NCBI GenBank assembly: GCA_951812955.1
Contig: OX638340.1
Span: 576,001-640,000 of the forward strand
DNA length: 64,000 nt
Reading direction: 5' to 3'
DNA from: an uncultured Gemmatimonadota bacterium
GTDB taxonomy: Bacteria; JAAXHH01
Shown here: piece after piece, positions 28,452 to 37,959 of the stretch
Position numbering within the stretch: the first letter of the stretch is position 1
Layout: each line of letters begins with the position of its first letter
Position numbers and translations under genes: made by a program
The notes under the pieces: generated by a model
Seen by the model: only the letters and a program-made list of their open reading frames with translations
The model's database searches: none
Told to the model about the DNA's origin: nothing

Positions 28452-30788
28452 ATGGTAATGGAGTTTGGCAATATCCTTACCGCTTACTTCGATTTCATCT
28501 GGATGTCGTTCCTGCTTCTGGGTCCGATGTTGATGCTGGGTCTGCTGCTTTCGGGCCTGATCCACGTTTTCATCTCCCGGGAAGCGATACTCAGATGGCT
28601 TCAGGACGACAGCCTTCGCTCGGTCTCAATCAGTTCCGCCGTAGGCGTTCCGGTACCGCTCTGCAGCTGTTCCGTCGTTCCCGTAGTTGCCGAAATGCGA
28701 CGAAAGGGGGCTTCCCGCTCATCCTGCATGGCCTTCCTGATTACGGCGCCTGAAACCGGGGCCGACTCCATCCTCGTCACGAACGCTTTTTTCGGCTTCA
28801 TCGCCGCCGTTGTGCGACCTGTCATCAGTTTTATCACAGCCGTCGTGGCGGGTATTTTCTGCATCGGCCTGATCCGGGACGATAGTGGCGAGGCCAAGCC
28901 GGAGGAGGAAGACCACGGACACGCCCACCACGACCATGACCACGGTCACGACCATGGACATGACCACGATCATGACCACGATCACTCGGTCCACGATCCG
29001 CTGCTGTCGGACAAGGATGACTGCTATGTAAGCCCCTCCGCCATGAAGATCCTCATGACGAAGTGGATCAAGGGGTTGACTACCGTGGCGTCCACCTGGA
29101 GGTTCGGATCGTGGATCAAACCGGAATTCTACCGGGAGATCATCGGAGAGCAACCGGCGAAATCCGCGAATCGGACCGAACTGGATGAGGTGGAAGAAAA
29201 ATACCCCGGGCTCGATTTCAAGAAGATCGTCAAGCATATCTTCCACTACGGCTTTGTCGAGATCGCCGATGATATACTCTTCGCGCTGCTCGTCGGTATC
29301 GCGCTGGGCGGCGTGCTGTTCCTGGTCATACCGGCCGACCTGATGTCCAACGAATACGCACGCTGGCTTTCCTACCCCGTAATGATCATCGTCGGCGTGC
29401 CCCTTTACATCTGCGCCTCCGCCAGCACGCCGATTGCCGCCGCGCTGGTCGCCCGGGGCGTCAGTCCAGGGGCCGCCCTGATATTCCTGATGACAGGCCC
29501 CGCGACCAACACAAGCACCATCGCCATCATCATGAGTCAGTTCGGCGCGCGTTTCGCGGCCGTATACGTCACGTCAGTCATCGCGGTCACCGCGGTGATC
29601 GGCATAGCCATCGATTTCATACTGGTGGCCACCGGGTTTGCCATTTCCGTCAACCTGTTGCCTTCCGATTCCCCCACGCTTCAAATTCTGCAGTGGGGCG
29701 GCGCGCTCGGGCTGATCGCGCTTATCGTCTGGAGGTACCGCGCCGGCGCCATGCGCAGCGGTTACGAAGACCTCATGCTCAACATCCGACCCTTCTCCCG
29801 GCCATGGCGGAACACGTGGAAGCGGCTGACCCGTGACCGGTCGTTCCGGGGTACGATTTCACCCACCACACCCATGGGCATGATGCTGTGGGGCTTGCTG
29901 CTGGTCCTCTTTCTTGGCAGCGGGTTCACGGCCGTGCCGCCGGGTCACGTCGGATACGGCCGGTTGTTCGGCGAGGTATACTGGAAAGACCTTCAGCCCG
30001 GGCTTCATTACCTGGCGCCGCGCCCCCTCGTCCAGGTCGACAAGTGGCCAGTCAGGGAAGTAAAATCAATTATGTCCGAGACACCGTACGAGTACGTGTC
30101 GGGCGACCTGAACATGCTCACGCTCACCCTGGACGTCCAGTACCGGGTAAACGACCCGTACACGTATCACTACCGTACGGTCGATCCGGAAGAGATCATC
30201 GAAGACGCGGTGCGCGAGCACGTTCGTACTTTTGTCAACGCACGTGACCTGGATCGGCTCCTCACTGCATACCGGGCGGAACTGGAAGATGAGCTGACGA
30301 ATCTCTTCGTGACGGATGCCCGGATGCACGGCGACAAGTCGGTGCTTGGCACCGTCGACCTCGTGAAGGTCAGCCTGCTGAACGTCACCCCGGCGGCGGA
30401 AGCCCTGAGTTCCTTCCGGGAGATTTCAAGCGCCCAGGAAGACAGGGAAAGAATCATCGTCAACGCGCAACGGTTCATGGTGTCCCTGGTGCCGCGCGCT
30501 CACGGCAATGCCGAGTATGAGAAAGAACAGGCCGATGGAGAGGCATTTCGCAAGGTGGCGACCTCCGCGGCGGAAGCGGATGCCATTATGGTCATTTCTT
30601 CTGCCATGCAGACGGCGCCGGAAGTCCTGCGGAACATGCTGTGGCGGGAAAAGTTGGAATCCGCTCTCGCCGGCAATCCCAAGATTATCGTGCCCAACAG
30701 ACAGAGTTTCAACAAGGTCGCGATCTGGAAAAAGAGGCCGGCGGAAGCCGCCGCCCCATCCGCCAAGACAGGAGGTAAAGGCAAATGA
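28452..30788 (+). CDS. fusion protein: DUF318/ArsP-like, His-rich metal permease (N, ~460 aa) :: HflK-like SPFH/band-7 domain (C, ~320 aa)
   Basis: GGGAGG RBS. N-terminus has at least 8 TM helices, 'VPVPLCSCSVVPV' (like the ArsP 'TPFCSCS' motif) and a cytoplasmic 'HGHAHHDHDHGHDHGHDHDHDHDH' tract. From about residue 455 there is one TM ('MGMMLWGLLLVLFLG') followed by the band-7 core 'VPPGHVGYGRLFGEVY...'. Confidence 0.7.
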   Translation: MVMEFGNILTAYFDFIWMSFLLLGPMLMLGLLLSGLIHVFISREAILRWLQDDSLRSVSISSAVGVPVPLCSCSVVPVVAEMRRKGASRSSCMAFLITAPETGADSILVTNAFFGFIAAVVRPVISFITAVVAGIFCIGLIRDDSGEAKPEEEDHGHAHHDHDHGHDHGHDHDHDHDHSVHDPLLSDKDDCYVSPSAMKILMTKWIKGLTTVASTWRFGSWIKPEFYREIIGEQPAKSANRTELDEVEEKYPGLDFKKIVKHIFHYGFVEIADDILFALLVGIALGGVLFLVIPADLMSNEYARWLSYPVMIIVGVPLYICASASTPIAAALVARGVSPGAALIFLMTGPATNTSTIAIIMSQFGARFAAVYVTSVIAVTAVIGIAIDFILVATGFAISVNLLPSDSPTLQILQWGGALGLIALIVWRYRAGAMRSGYEDLMLNIRPFSRPWRNTWKRLTRDRSFRGTISPTTPMGMMLWGLLLVLFLGSGFTAVPPGHVGYGRLFGEVYWKDLQPGLHYLAPRPLVQVDKWPVREVKSIMSETPYEYVSGDLNMLTLTLDVQYRVNDPYTYHYRTVDPEEIIEDAVREHVRTFVNARDLDRLLTAYRAELEDELTNLFVTDARMHGDKSVLGTVDLVKVSLLNVTPAAEALSSFREISSAQEDRERIIVNAQRFMVSLVPRAHGNAEYEKEQADGEAFRKVATSAAEADAIMVISSAMQTAPEVLRNMLWREKLESALAGNPKIIVPNRQSFNKVAIWKKRPAEAAAPSAKTGGKGK
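28915..28990 (+). repeat. low-complexity CAC/GAC codon repeat encoding the His/Asp/Gly tract of the permease
   Basis: Visible run 'cacgacggacacgcccaccacgaccatgaccacggtcacgaccatggacatgaccacgatcatgaccacgatcac' within the CDS. Confidence 0.8.
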
Positions 30789-31678
30789 CCGGTAAGGGAC
30801 GTGGCATCCGAACGGCCATCGTCGCGCTCGTGCTGGCGGCGATCGTTTACGACTGTTTCTATGTGATCAACGAAACCCAGCAGGGGGTCCTGACGAACTT
30901 CGGCCGGATTTCGCCTCCGGTGAAGCAGCCCGGACTACATGTCAAGTGGCCCCGACCGATTTCAAGAGTCTACAAGGTGGACCGGAGGCTGCAGACACTC
31001 ACCGACGTGTCCCATGAGTTGATTACCGAAGATCAGAAGAACATCCTGATCAGCGGCTACCTGCTCTGGCGCATCGTAGACCCAATCCTGTATGTCGAGG
31101 CGATACGCACGGGCGCCAATGCAGCCGAACGTCTGCGGGATCTCTACCTTTCGAGCAGTGGGATCGTGATCAGTAACAAGGCCCGTGATGCATTCATCAG
31201 CCTTGGGCTGGAACACGAAGACCTGCACGAAGCGGCCCGTGACATCCTGAGCAGTGTCGCCCCGATTGCCAGTACCAACTATGGTATCGAGGTGCTGAAA
31301 GCCGGTATCATCGAATACACGCTGCCCATGGAAAACCGCCCGGCCGTGATCCAGCGTATGATATCGGAGCGCGCGCGCATCGCGGCCCGGTACCGCAGCG
31401 AGGGCGAGGAGATGGCCATCCGCATCGAAGCGCTGGCAATAAACGAACATGAGAAGCTTATGGCGGAGGCGCACGCGGAAGCCACGGCCATACTCGGTGA
31501 GGCCGAAGCGGAAGCGATGGCTTTGCTGGGCAGGGCTTACCGGAGGGACCCGGCGTTCTACCGGTTCATCCGGGCCCTTGACAGTTATGATCTGATTATC
31601 GACAAAAACACGACCCTTATGTTGCCGGCCGACAACGAACTGTTCAGATACCTGGACAGCAGAACGGTTCCCAGGTAG
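30785..31678 (+). CDS. HflC-like SPFH-domain protein
   Basis: ATGA start/stop overlap with the preceding gene and an AGGAGG RBS. N-terminal TM, then 'QQGVLTNFGRISPPVKQPGLHVKWP' band-7 start. Confidence 0.8.
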   Translation: MTGKGRGIRTAIVALVLAAIVYDCFYVINETQQGVLTNFGRISPPVKQPGLHVKWPRPISRVYKVDRRLQTLTDVSHELITEDQKNILISGYLLWRIVDPILYVEAIRTGANAAERLRDLYLSSSGIVISNKARDAFISLGLEHEDLHEAARDILSSVAPIASTNYGIEVLKAGIIEYTLPMENRPAVIQRMISERARIAARYRSEGEEMAIRIEALAINEHEKLMAEAHAEATAILGEAEAEAMALLGRAYRRDPAFYRFIRALDSYDLIIDKNTTLMLPADNELFRYLDSRTVPR

Positions 31679-31695
31679 AGCGAGATCTCAAACCC

Positions 31696-33033
31696 ATGAC
31701 GAACGAAAAGCGACCTTTACCTTACAGCACGCGCGTAATCTATGCCATGTTCGATTGGGCGCGCACCTACGGCTGGAACCGGCTGTTCTGGAGCGTGATC
31801 GCCTTTTCCATCGTGGCCGTGCTGGCCAGCGGGTTTTATATCATAAAGAAAGAAGAGCAGGGCGTCCTCGTTCGTTTCGGCAAGGTGGTGGACGAGAACC
31901 TTGGTCCGGGCATTCATTACTGCGTTCCGTTCATATACGAAACCCACATACGCAAGGTGAAGCGCATCGTCCGTGTCTCTATCGTCAGCGAAGGGACGGC
32001 TGGGGATACGCACGTCACGCTGCTGTCCGGCGACACGAACCTTGTGGAGGTGGATGTGGCCGTGCAGTACAAGATAGACAACCTGCGAAACTATCTCTTT
32101 GCGGTTTCGGACCCGACGATGTTGATGACCATGATCGTACGGGAAGAAATGGTCAATATCGTGGGGCAGAATTTCATCGACCTTATACTCACGTCTAACC
32201 GGAACATCATCGAACGTCATCTCCACGACTTCCTCGCCGGACGTCTCGAAACGATTGACATCGGTATCGAACTCGTCGACCTGAACATCCTGGACATCCG
32301 CCCCATCGAAGAGACCGTAGAGGCCTTCCGGGACGTCAACGATGCCATTTCCGAGCGCATGCAGTCCATCAGCAACGCCAACCTGCGCAGGGAGAAACTG
32401 GTCGCCCGCACGAAGGGCCAGACGGAAGCGATTGTCATGGATGCGAAAGCCACGGCGAGAGAACGCGTTCTGCAGGCCGAAAGCAGTGCCGGCGCATTCT
32501 CGAAACTGCTAGACGAATACGCCAAGCAACCGGCCCAGGTGGGCATTACCCGTTACTGGCAGCGGATGCGAACGATTTTCGCCGAAGCGAACCTGGCCGC
32601 GGTTAATCCCGGCAACGACGCGAATATCGAAGTCAACCTGGTAGACAGCGGCACGGCGTTGACGCCGGTGGAAATGGCTTTCGATTCGCCGGAAGCGTTG
32701 TCGGCCGCCGGCCCCGATTCGCTGGACAGGCCGGTTTATTCGACCTTGCCCCCGGATATTCATCGATATGAGAACATCGACAGGGACGGTTTCCTGATCG
32801 AAGGCAGATTCCATAGCAGGAACACCGAACGGGATCACCTTCCCGTCGCCAGGCCTCGATCGCTCATTTTCGACACGCCTTCCATCTTCAGCCATGGACA
32901 CGTGGCGACAAGCAGCACGGACACGGCGAATCAATCAGGCGAGAAGGCCATGGTCGATACCATGCACGACGAAGAAAGCGAAGAAGAATCTAAAGAGGGC
33001 ACGGAAGGGAGCCAAAGTGATCCGAAGCAATAA
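31696..33033 (+). CDS. HflK-like SPFH-domain protein
   Basis: N-terminal TM then 'EEQGVLVRFGKVVDENLGPGIHYCVPFI' band-7 core. Long coiled coil and an acidic C-terminal tail ('DEESEEESKEGTEGSQSD'). Confidence 0.8.
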   Translation: MTNEKRPLPYSTRVIYAMFDWARTYGWNRLFWSVIAFSIVAVLASGFYIIKKEEQGVLVRFGKVVDENLGPGIHYCVPFIYETHIRKVKRIVRVSIVSEGTAGDTHVTLLSGDTNLVEVDVAVQYKIDNLRNYLFAVSDPTMLMTMIVREEMVNIVGQNFIDLILTSNRNIIERHLHDFLAGRLETIDIGIELVDLNILDIRPIEETVEAFRDVNDAISERMQSISNANLRREKLVARTKGQTEAIVMDAKATARERVLQAESSAGAFSKLLDEYAKQPAQVGITRYWQRMRTIFAEANLAAVNPGNDANIEVNLVDSGTALTPVEMAFDSPEALSAAGPDSLDRPVYSTLPPDIHRYENIDRDGFLIEGRFHSRNTERDHLPVARPRSLIFDTPSIFSHGHVATSSTDTANQSGEKAMVDTMHDEESEEESKEGTEGSQSDPKQ

Positions 33034-34180
33034 ATCGCCCGGTCTTGCCTCGCTGGCAGCCGCCATTTTCATCACATTGCTGGCACACCCCTTGCCGGCC
33101 AGGGCGGAAACAGGCATATCCTCGGATGCCATCGTATTCGGTCAAAGCGCATGCTTTACGGGTCCCAACCGGAATCTGGGACTGTACTACAGGGCAGGCA
33201 TTCTTTCCGCATTCGAGGAACGGAACCGAGAGGGCGGGATCAACGGAAGGACGTTAAGGCTGCTTTCGCTGGATGATGGATATGAGCCGGAACAGGCCGC
33301 AGCGAACGCGGAGCGGTTTGCGGCGGAAAATGACGTCTTCGCGGTAATCGGCGGCGTGGGGACGCCGACTGCAAAGCGCATCGCCCCCGTTCTCCGCTCA
33401 GCCGACATACCCTTCGTCGGTCCTTTCACTGGCGCGGATTTCCTGCGTAATTTCGACCGGTTCCCCAACGTCATCAACCTCCGGGCCGCGTACCTGGATG
33501 AAGTCGTGACCATGGTTGATTATATCGTAAATGATCTGGGAAAGAACCGGTTCGGCGTCATCTACCAGGACGACGCCTTTGGACGCTCTGTACTTCGAGA
33601 CTTCCAGATTGCGCTCAACGCCCATGACCTGCCAATCCTTGCAAAGACCGCCCATTCCCGGAACACCCACGCGGTACACGCGGGGTTGTTTATGATCTCC
33701 AAGGCGGACCTCGATGCCATTCTGATTGTGGGATCGTATGCCGCAAACTCTGAGATCATCAACCTGTCCCACTCCCTGGGTCATGACTACATCGTTGCGA
33801 ATCTTTCTTTTGTCCTTTCCCACGAACTGAAGAAGCTGGTCGAAAACCATTCGAACAAAATCCTGGTGACCGAGGTAATACCGGATCCGAACAGCACTTC
33901 CAGCCTGGTAGTCCAGCGTTTCCTGGACGCGTTGCGGCCGGAATACGGAGAGGCCGAGACTGTCACGGCCCTGGTGAACGAAGTGGCCCTGGAAGGCTAC
34001 ATCCTCGGACGTTTCGTAATTGATGTGCTGGAGCGCATGGAAGGCGTTTTGACACGGGAACAATTCATGAACGTCGCGCTGTCTCCCGATAAAGTCATGA
34101 TCGACGACTGGACCCTGGAGTTCGCGCCCGGTACGAATACGGGGTCAAGATACATCCGGCTTACCAATCTGGGCGAATAG
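33017..34180 (+). CDS. type-1 periplasmic binding protein (Leu/Ile/Val-binding, Peripla_BP_6-like), orphan (no ABC permease or ATPase adjacent)
   Basis: GTG start with a GGGAG RBS, overlapping the hflK-like stop by 17 nt. Signal peptide '...AHPLPARA|ET'. 'LDDGYEP', 'AVIGGVGTPTA' and 'PFVGPFTGADFLR' are family boxes. Confidence 0.7.
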   Translation: MIRSNKSPGLASLAAAIFITLLAHPLPARAETGISSDAIVFGQSACFTGPNRNLGLYYRAGILSAFEERNREGGINGRTLRLLSLDDGYEPEQAAANAERFAAENDVFAVIGGVGTPTAKRIAPVLRSADIPFVGPFTGADFLRNFDRFPNVINLRAAYLDEVVTMVDYIVNDLGKNRFGVIYQDDAFGRSVLRDFQIALNAHDLPILAKTAHSRNTHAVHAGLFMISKADLDAILIVGSYAANSEIINLSHSLGHDYIVANLSFVLSHELKKLVENHSNKILVTEVIPDPNSTSSLVVQRFLDALRPEYGEAETVTALVNEVALEGYILGRFVIDVLERMEGVLTREQFMNVALSPDKVMIDDWTLEFAPGTNTGSRYIRLTNLGE

Positions 34181-34204
34181 CAACCTTTACACGAGGACTG
34201 ACCT

Positions 34205-34693
34205 GTGAAGAAGGTGGATGAGTTTACGGTCGAGGAAATCGGCGAGGAGTGGTTGCGCGAGCTTTACAAGGTCGTCGCGCTCCGGCGCGGTACCATGTTC
34301 AGGATGATTACTGAATCGACCCGTCTTCTCTTGTTCGGTAACGCGGGTGGCGCGGCGCTGATCATCGGCTTCATGAGCGCGGCAACGGGCGACCAGGCGT
34401 CCTCCTACCACTGGTTCAGCTTGTTTTCACTGCTCTCGTTCGCGCTAGGCACCCTTGCCTCCGCCCTGACGATGATCCTGGTGGCCGTAGTCTCGGTAAA
34501 AGAAGCCCACGGCGCCGAGAACGCGCTGAAACGTTTCGTCGATGGAGAAATCAACCGGTCACAGGTCATGTTCACCGTTGAAGAGCAAACCTTCCGTCTC
34601 GCCGATTCGGCCACCGTATCGGGTATTGTGAGTGCACTGGGGTTCATGGTGGGCGGGTTGGTCACGATAGCACTGCTTACGATTTTCTTCTAA
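34205..34693 (+). CDS. hypothetical small membrane protein
   Basis: GTG start. 162 aa with 3-4 predicted TM helices. No family recognised. Confidence 0.4.
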   Translation: MKKVDEFTVEEIGEEWLRELYKVVALRRGTMFRMITESTRLLLFGNAGGAALIIGFMSAATGDQASSYHWFSLFSLLSFALGTLASALTMILVAVVSVKEAHGAENALKRFVDGEINRSQVMFTVEEQTFRLADSATVSGIVSALGFMVGGLVTIALLTIFF

Positions 34694-34766
34694 ATCGGCA
34701 CGCCGCAGTATAGCATACGTCCTCGCAGGAACATACACGCACATAGATGGTTAGGACGCTTCCGCT

Positions 34767-35642
34767 GTGTTGAATGATATTGTATTGCTTCTCCTGACCT
34801 ACTCGGCGGCGATCTTTGCCGTATCCCTTCTGGGCGGCAAACTTTCGGCCATCGTCACCATGACCCATTTCCGCACGCAACTGGTCATGAGTCTCGTGGC
34901 GGGGTTTCTGCTGGGCGTCGCCATGTACCACCTCCTGTTGCACAGCCTGGAGGATATCCCCGGACCGTATGCCGGTGAAATCGCCGTGGGGTGTGCGGTA
35001 CTTGGCGTCATCATGATTATCGTGCTGCTGCGAATATTCCGGTTTCATCAACACGAATTCGATCACGAAGCAGTGGAGACGCCGGACCAGCATGGCCACC
35101 ACGATCATCATGGTTCGGTAAACGTCAACCCCCGCAGCGTGTTCGGTGTCGCCACGGGTCTCGGGCTGCACACGGTAACCGAAGGTATCGCCCTCGGCGC
35201 GAGCATGCGTATCGGTTTGATTCATGAAGGGGAAACGATTCTTGTCGGCCTGGGGGTATTTCTGGCGATCATGCTGCATAAGCCGTTGGACGCGTACTCC
35301 ATTATAGGATTGATGAGAGTGTCGGGCTACGGCGACCGGGCTTGTACGTTGACTAACGTCGGTTTCGCCCTGTTGTGTCCGCTCATTACGATATTGACCT
35401 ACCTTGGCGTCGGCGTGTTGAGTGAACTCAACGAGCTGCATGTCGTGGGATACATCATGGCCTTCGCCGCCGGAGTCTTTCTGTGCATCTCCCTGAGCGA
35501 TCTGCTGCCCGAGATACAGTTTCACACTCACGACCGCGGAATACTCGCCGTCGCCTTCCTCATCGGGATCGGTCTCGCCTACGCCCTGTTCTATTTCGAA
35601 TCCGACACCATGCATGGGCTGGAGACGCTGGACACCCATTAG
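34767..35642 (+). CDS. ZIP-family divalent metal transporter (ZupT-like)
   Basis: GTG start. His-rich loop 'HQHEFDHEAVETPDQHGHHDHHG'. 'GLHTVTEGIALGAS' and '...HKPLDAY...' match ZIP signature helices. Confidence 0.8.
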   Translation: MLNDIVLLLLTYSAAIFAVSLLGGKLSAIVTMTHFRTQLVMSLVAGFLLGVAMYHLLLHSLEDIPGPYAGEIAVGCAVLGVIMIIVLLRIFRFHQHEFDHEAVETPDQHGHHDHHGSVNVNPRSVFGVATGLGLHTVTEGIALGASMRIGLIHEGETILVGLGVFLAIMLHKPLDAYSIIGLMRVSGYGDRACTLTNVGFALLCPLITILTYLGVGVLSELNELHVVGYIMAFAAGVFLCISLSDLLPEIQFHTHDRGILAVAFLIGIGLAYALFYFESDTMHGLETLDTH

Positions 35643-35669
35643 CGTTCCCCCGCACTGCGAGTACTGGAG

Positions 35670-37898
35670 ATGACGACAAACTCCACGCAAGCGCAGCACT
35701 TCGACGTGGATACCGAAACCCGCGTATTCCACGTAGAGGGCATGACCTGCAGCGCGTGTTCCGCGCGGGTTGAGAAAATCCTTTCCGATGTCCCGGGTGT
35801 CGCCGCCGCCCACGTAAACCTTGCCCTTGAACGTGCGACACTTACAGTCAGGCCAACCCTGGATGTTGACACGCTGGCCGGGCCCGTGGCCGATGCCGGA
35901 TACAGGCTGACTCCCGTACAGGATGATCGATACGAACCTGAAATGGCACGCGGTCAGGCAAGCCGGGATCGTGTCGCCATGATCACCGCGATCATCGTGA
36001 CCTCCCCCTTTCTTCTGCAGATGCTGAGCAGACTGCTGCAAAGCTGGACCGGCATCGAATGGCATATGCCGGTCTACGCGGAAGCGCTGGCGGCTACTGT
36101 TCTGCAGATCGGTATCGGCGCCCGTTATTACCGGAGCGCTTTTCACGCGTTGCGCGGCGGCGGCGCGAACATGGACGTCCTGGTGGCCCTGGGCACGTCG
36201 TCCGCCTTCGCATACAGCTGGTACCTGGTGATCAGTCAGGGTTCCGGCGCGTCGGGGCAACTCTACTTCGAAGCCTCGGCGATCATCATTACTCTCGTGC
36301 TCGTCGGCAAGCACATCGAAACCCGTGCGCGGCGAAGCGCGGGCCGTGCGATACGCGAGCTGCTCGCCATCCGGCCGGTTACCGCGCAGATACGAACGGC
36401 GGACGGTACGGAGTGGGAAATGCCGGTGCACGCTTTGAAGGTGGGTGACGTCGTGATCTGCCGCCCCGGCGACCGGGTAGCCGTGGACGGCGTCGTGCTG
36501 CGGGGAGAGGCCGAAGTCGACGAGGCCCTCATCACCGGCGAGAGCGTACCCGTTCCGAAAAGCCCTGCCGACACCGCGATTGCCGGATCGTTGAATATCA
36601 ACGGCTTCATGGAAATCGAGGCCCGAGCCGTCGGAAGTGATTCGACCCTGGGCCGGGTGATCCGCCTGGTCGAAAACGCCCAGGCCGCCAAACCAGCCAT
36701 CCAGCGCCTGGTGGATCGAATCAGCGGCGTATTCGTACCTGTTGTCGTAGGCCTGGCCGTGATCACTTTTGCCGGGTGGATCCTCGCAGGGGGCGATCTT
36801 GAAACTGCTTTGATAAATGCCGTTTCCGTCCTCGTCATCGCCTGTCCCTGCGCGCTGGGACTGGCGACACCGACGGCGATCGTGGCCGGCGCCGGAGCGG
36901 CGGCCCGGGCAGGTATCCTGGTTAAGGACATCGAATCCCTGGAACAGGCTCACGGGCTGACTCACATCGTATTCGACAAGACGGGAACGCTGACCGAAGG
37001 CAGGTCAGTCCTCGCGTCCCTGGTTCCCCTGGCCGACCGAGGCGAAGAGGAGTTGCTTTCAATCGCCGCGGGGCTGCAGCAGGGCAGTGAGCATCCCTTC
37101 GCCAGGGCATTCAAGTTGGCCGCGGCCGGACGGAGCGTGTCACCCGCCGGGGTTGAACGATTCAGAAGCGTGGTGGCGCGCGGCGTCGAGGGCGAAGTCG
37201 AAGGGACGCGTTACCTGCTCGGCAACCGAAGACTCTTCCACGAGGCCTGCGGGGATACGCCACCGCCAGATTCCCCGCAATCCGGCGGCGTGTCCGCGGT
37301 CTGGCTGGCCGCCCGAGGAGATGCCGGATGCGAATACCTGGCTCGCTTCGATCTCGTCGATGCATTACGCGCCGACGCGGCTGAAGTGGTTGACAGGCTC
37401 AGGAAGCTCGGGGTAAGGATCTTGCTCGTATCGGGCGATGCGGAATCCGTAGTGGCGCAGATCGGCAGCGCGGCGGGTGTCGACGAATCGTACGGCGGCG
37501 CCACGCCGGAAGACAAGGAGCGTATCGTCGGACGATTGACGGAGAGCGGGGCGAAGGTCTGCATGGTCGGCGACGGGATCAACGACGCGCCGGCCCTCGC
37601 CCGCGCAACCGTGGGTATCGCCATGGGTTCCGGTACGGACGTGGCGATGGAAACGGCAGCGATCACGCTGATGAGACCCGAACCGGTCCTGGTGGCCGGC
37701 GCCATCGACGTGAGTCGAAGGACAATCCGGAAAATAAAGCAGAATCTGTTCTGGGCGTTTATCTACAACGTAATCGGACTTCCGCTGGCCGCAACGGGAT
37801 TCCTCTTCCCGGCGCTCGCCGCGGCCATGATGGCCTGCTCCAGCATCAGCGTCGTGCTCAACTCTATGACGCTCCGCGCATGGCGGCCCGATTCGTAA
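35670..37898 (+). CDS. heavy-metal translocating P1B-type ATPase (Cu+-type, CopA-like)
   Basis: N-terminal HMA 'GMTCSACSARVE'. TM6 'CPC', 'DKTGTLT' and 'VGDGINDAPAL'. TM7/8 'YN...MACSS', resembling the Cu+ subgroup signature. Confidence 0.85.
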   Translation: MTTNSTQAQHFDVDTETRVFHVEGMTCSACSARVEKILSDVPGVAAAHVNLALERATLTVRPTLDVDTLAGPVADAGYRLTPVQDDRYEPEMARGQASRDRVAMITAIIVTSPFLLQMLSRLLQSWTGIEWHMPVYAEALAATVLQIGIGARYYRSAFHALRGGGANMDVLVALGTSSAFAYSWYLVISQGSGASGQLYFEASAIIITLVLVGKHIETRARRSAGRAIRELLAIRPVTAQIRTADGTEWEMPVHALKVGDVVICRPGDRVAVDGVVLRGEAEVDEALITGESVPVPKSPADTAIAGSLNINGFMEIEARAVGSDSTLGRVIRLVENAQAAKPAIQRLVDRISGVFVPVVVGLAVITFAGWILAGGDLETALINAVSVLVIACPCALGLATPTAIVAGAGAAARAGILVKDIESLEQAHGLTHIVFDKTGTLTEGRSVLASLVPLADRGEEELLSIAAGLQQGSEHPFARAFKLAAAGRSVSPAGVERFRSVVARGVEGEVEGTRYLLGNRRLFHEACGDTPPPDSPQSGGVSAVWLAARGDAGCEYLARFDLVDALRADAAEVVDRLRKLGVRILLVSGDAESVVAQIGSAAGVDESYGGATPEDKERIVGRLTESGAKVCMVGDGINDAPALARATVGIAMGSGTDVAMETAAITLMRPEPVLVAGAIDVSRRTIRKIKQNLFWAFIYNVIGLPLAATGFLFPALAAAMMACSSISVVLNSMTLRAWRPDS

Positions 37899-37959
37899 TG
37901 GTAATACGCTGTTCCCGCGATGATCCGGTCATCCGACCGTTCGCCGTACTGATGAAACG

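Noticed and set aside
28915-28990. His/Asp codon repeat as a possible mobile or foreign insertion
   Set aside because: It is in frame, encodes a plausible metal-binding loop at the expected inter-domain position of DUF318 permeases, and has no flanking direct repeats. Treated as a native low-complexity coding segment.
34677-36965. 762-aa ORF on the minus strand spanning the ZIP transporter and P-type ATPase genes
   Set aside because: Antisense to two confidently identified genes. Its composition (Arg/Gly/Asp/His/Gln-rich, no hydrophobic core) is typical of a stop-free antisense frame opposite GC3-rich genes. No recognisable motifs.
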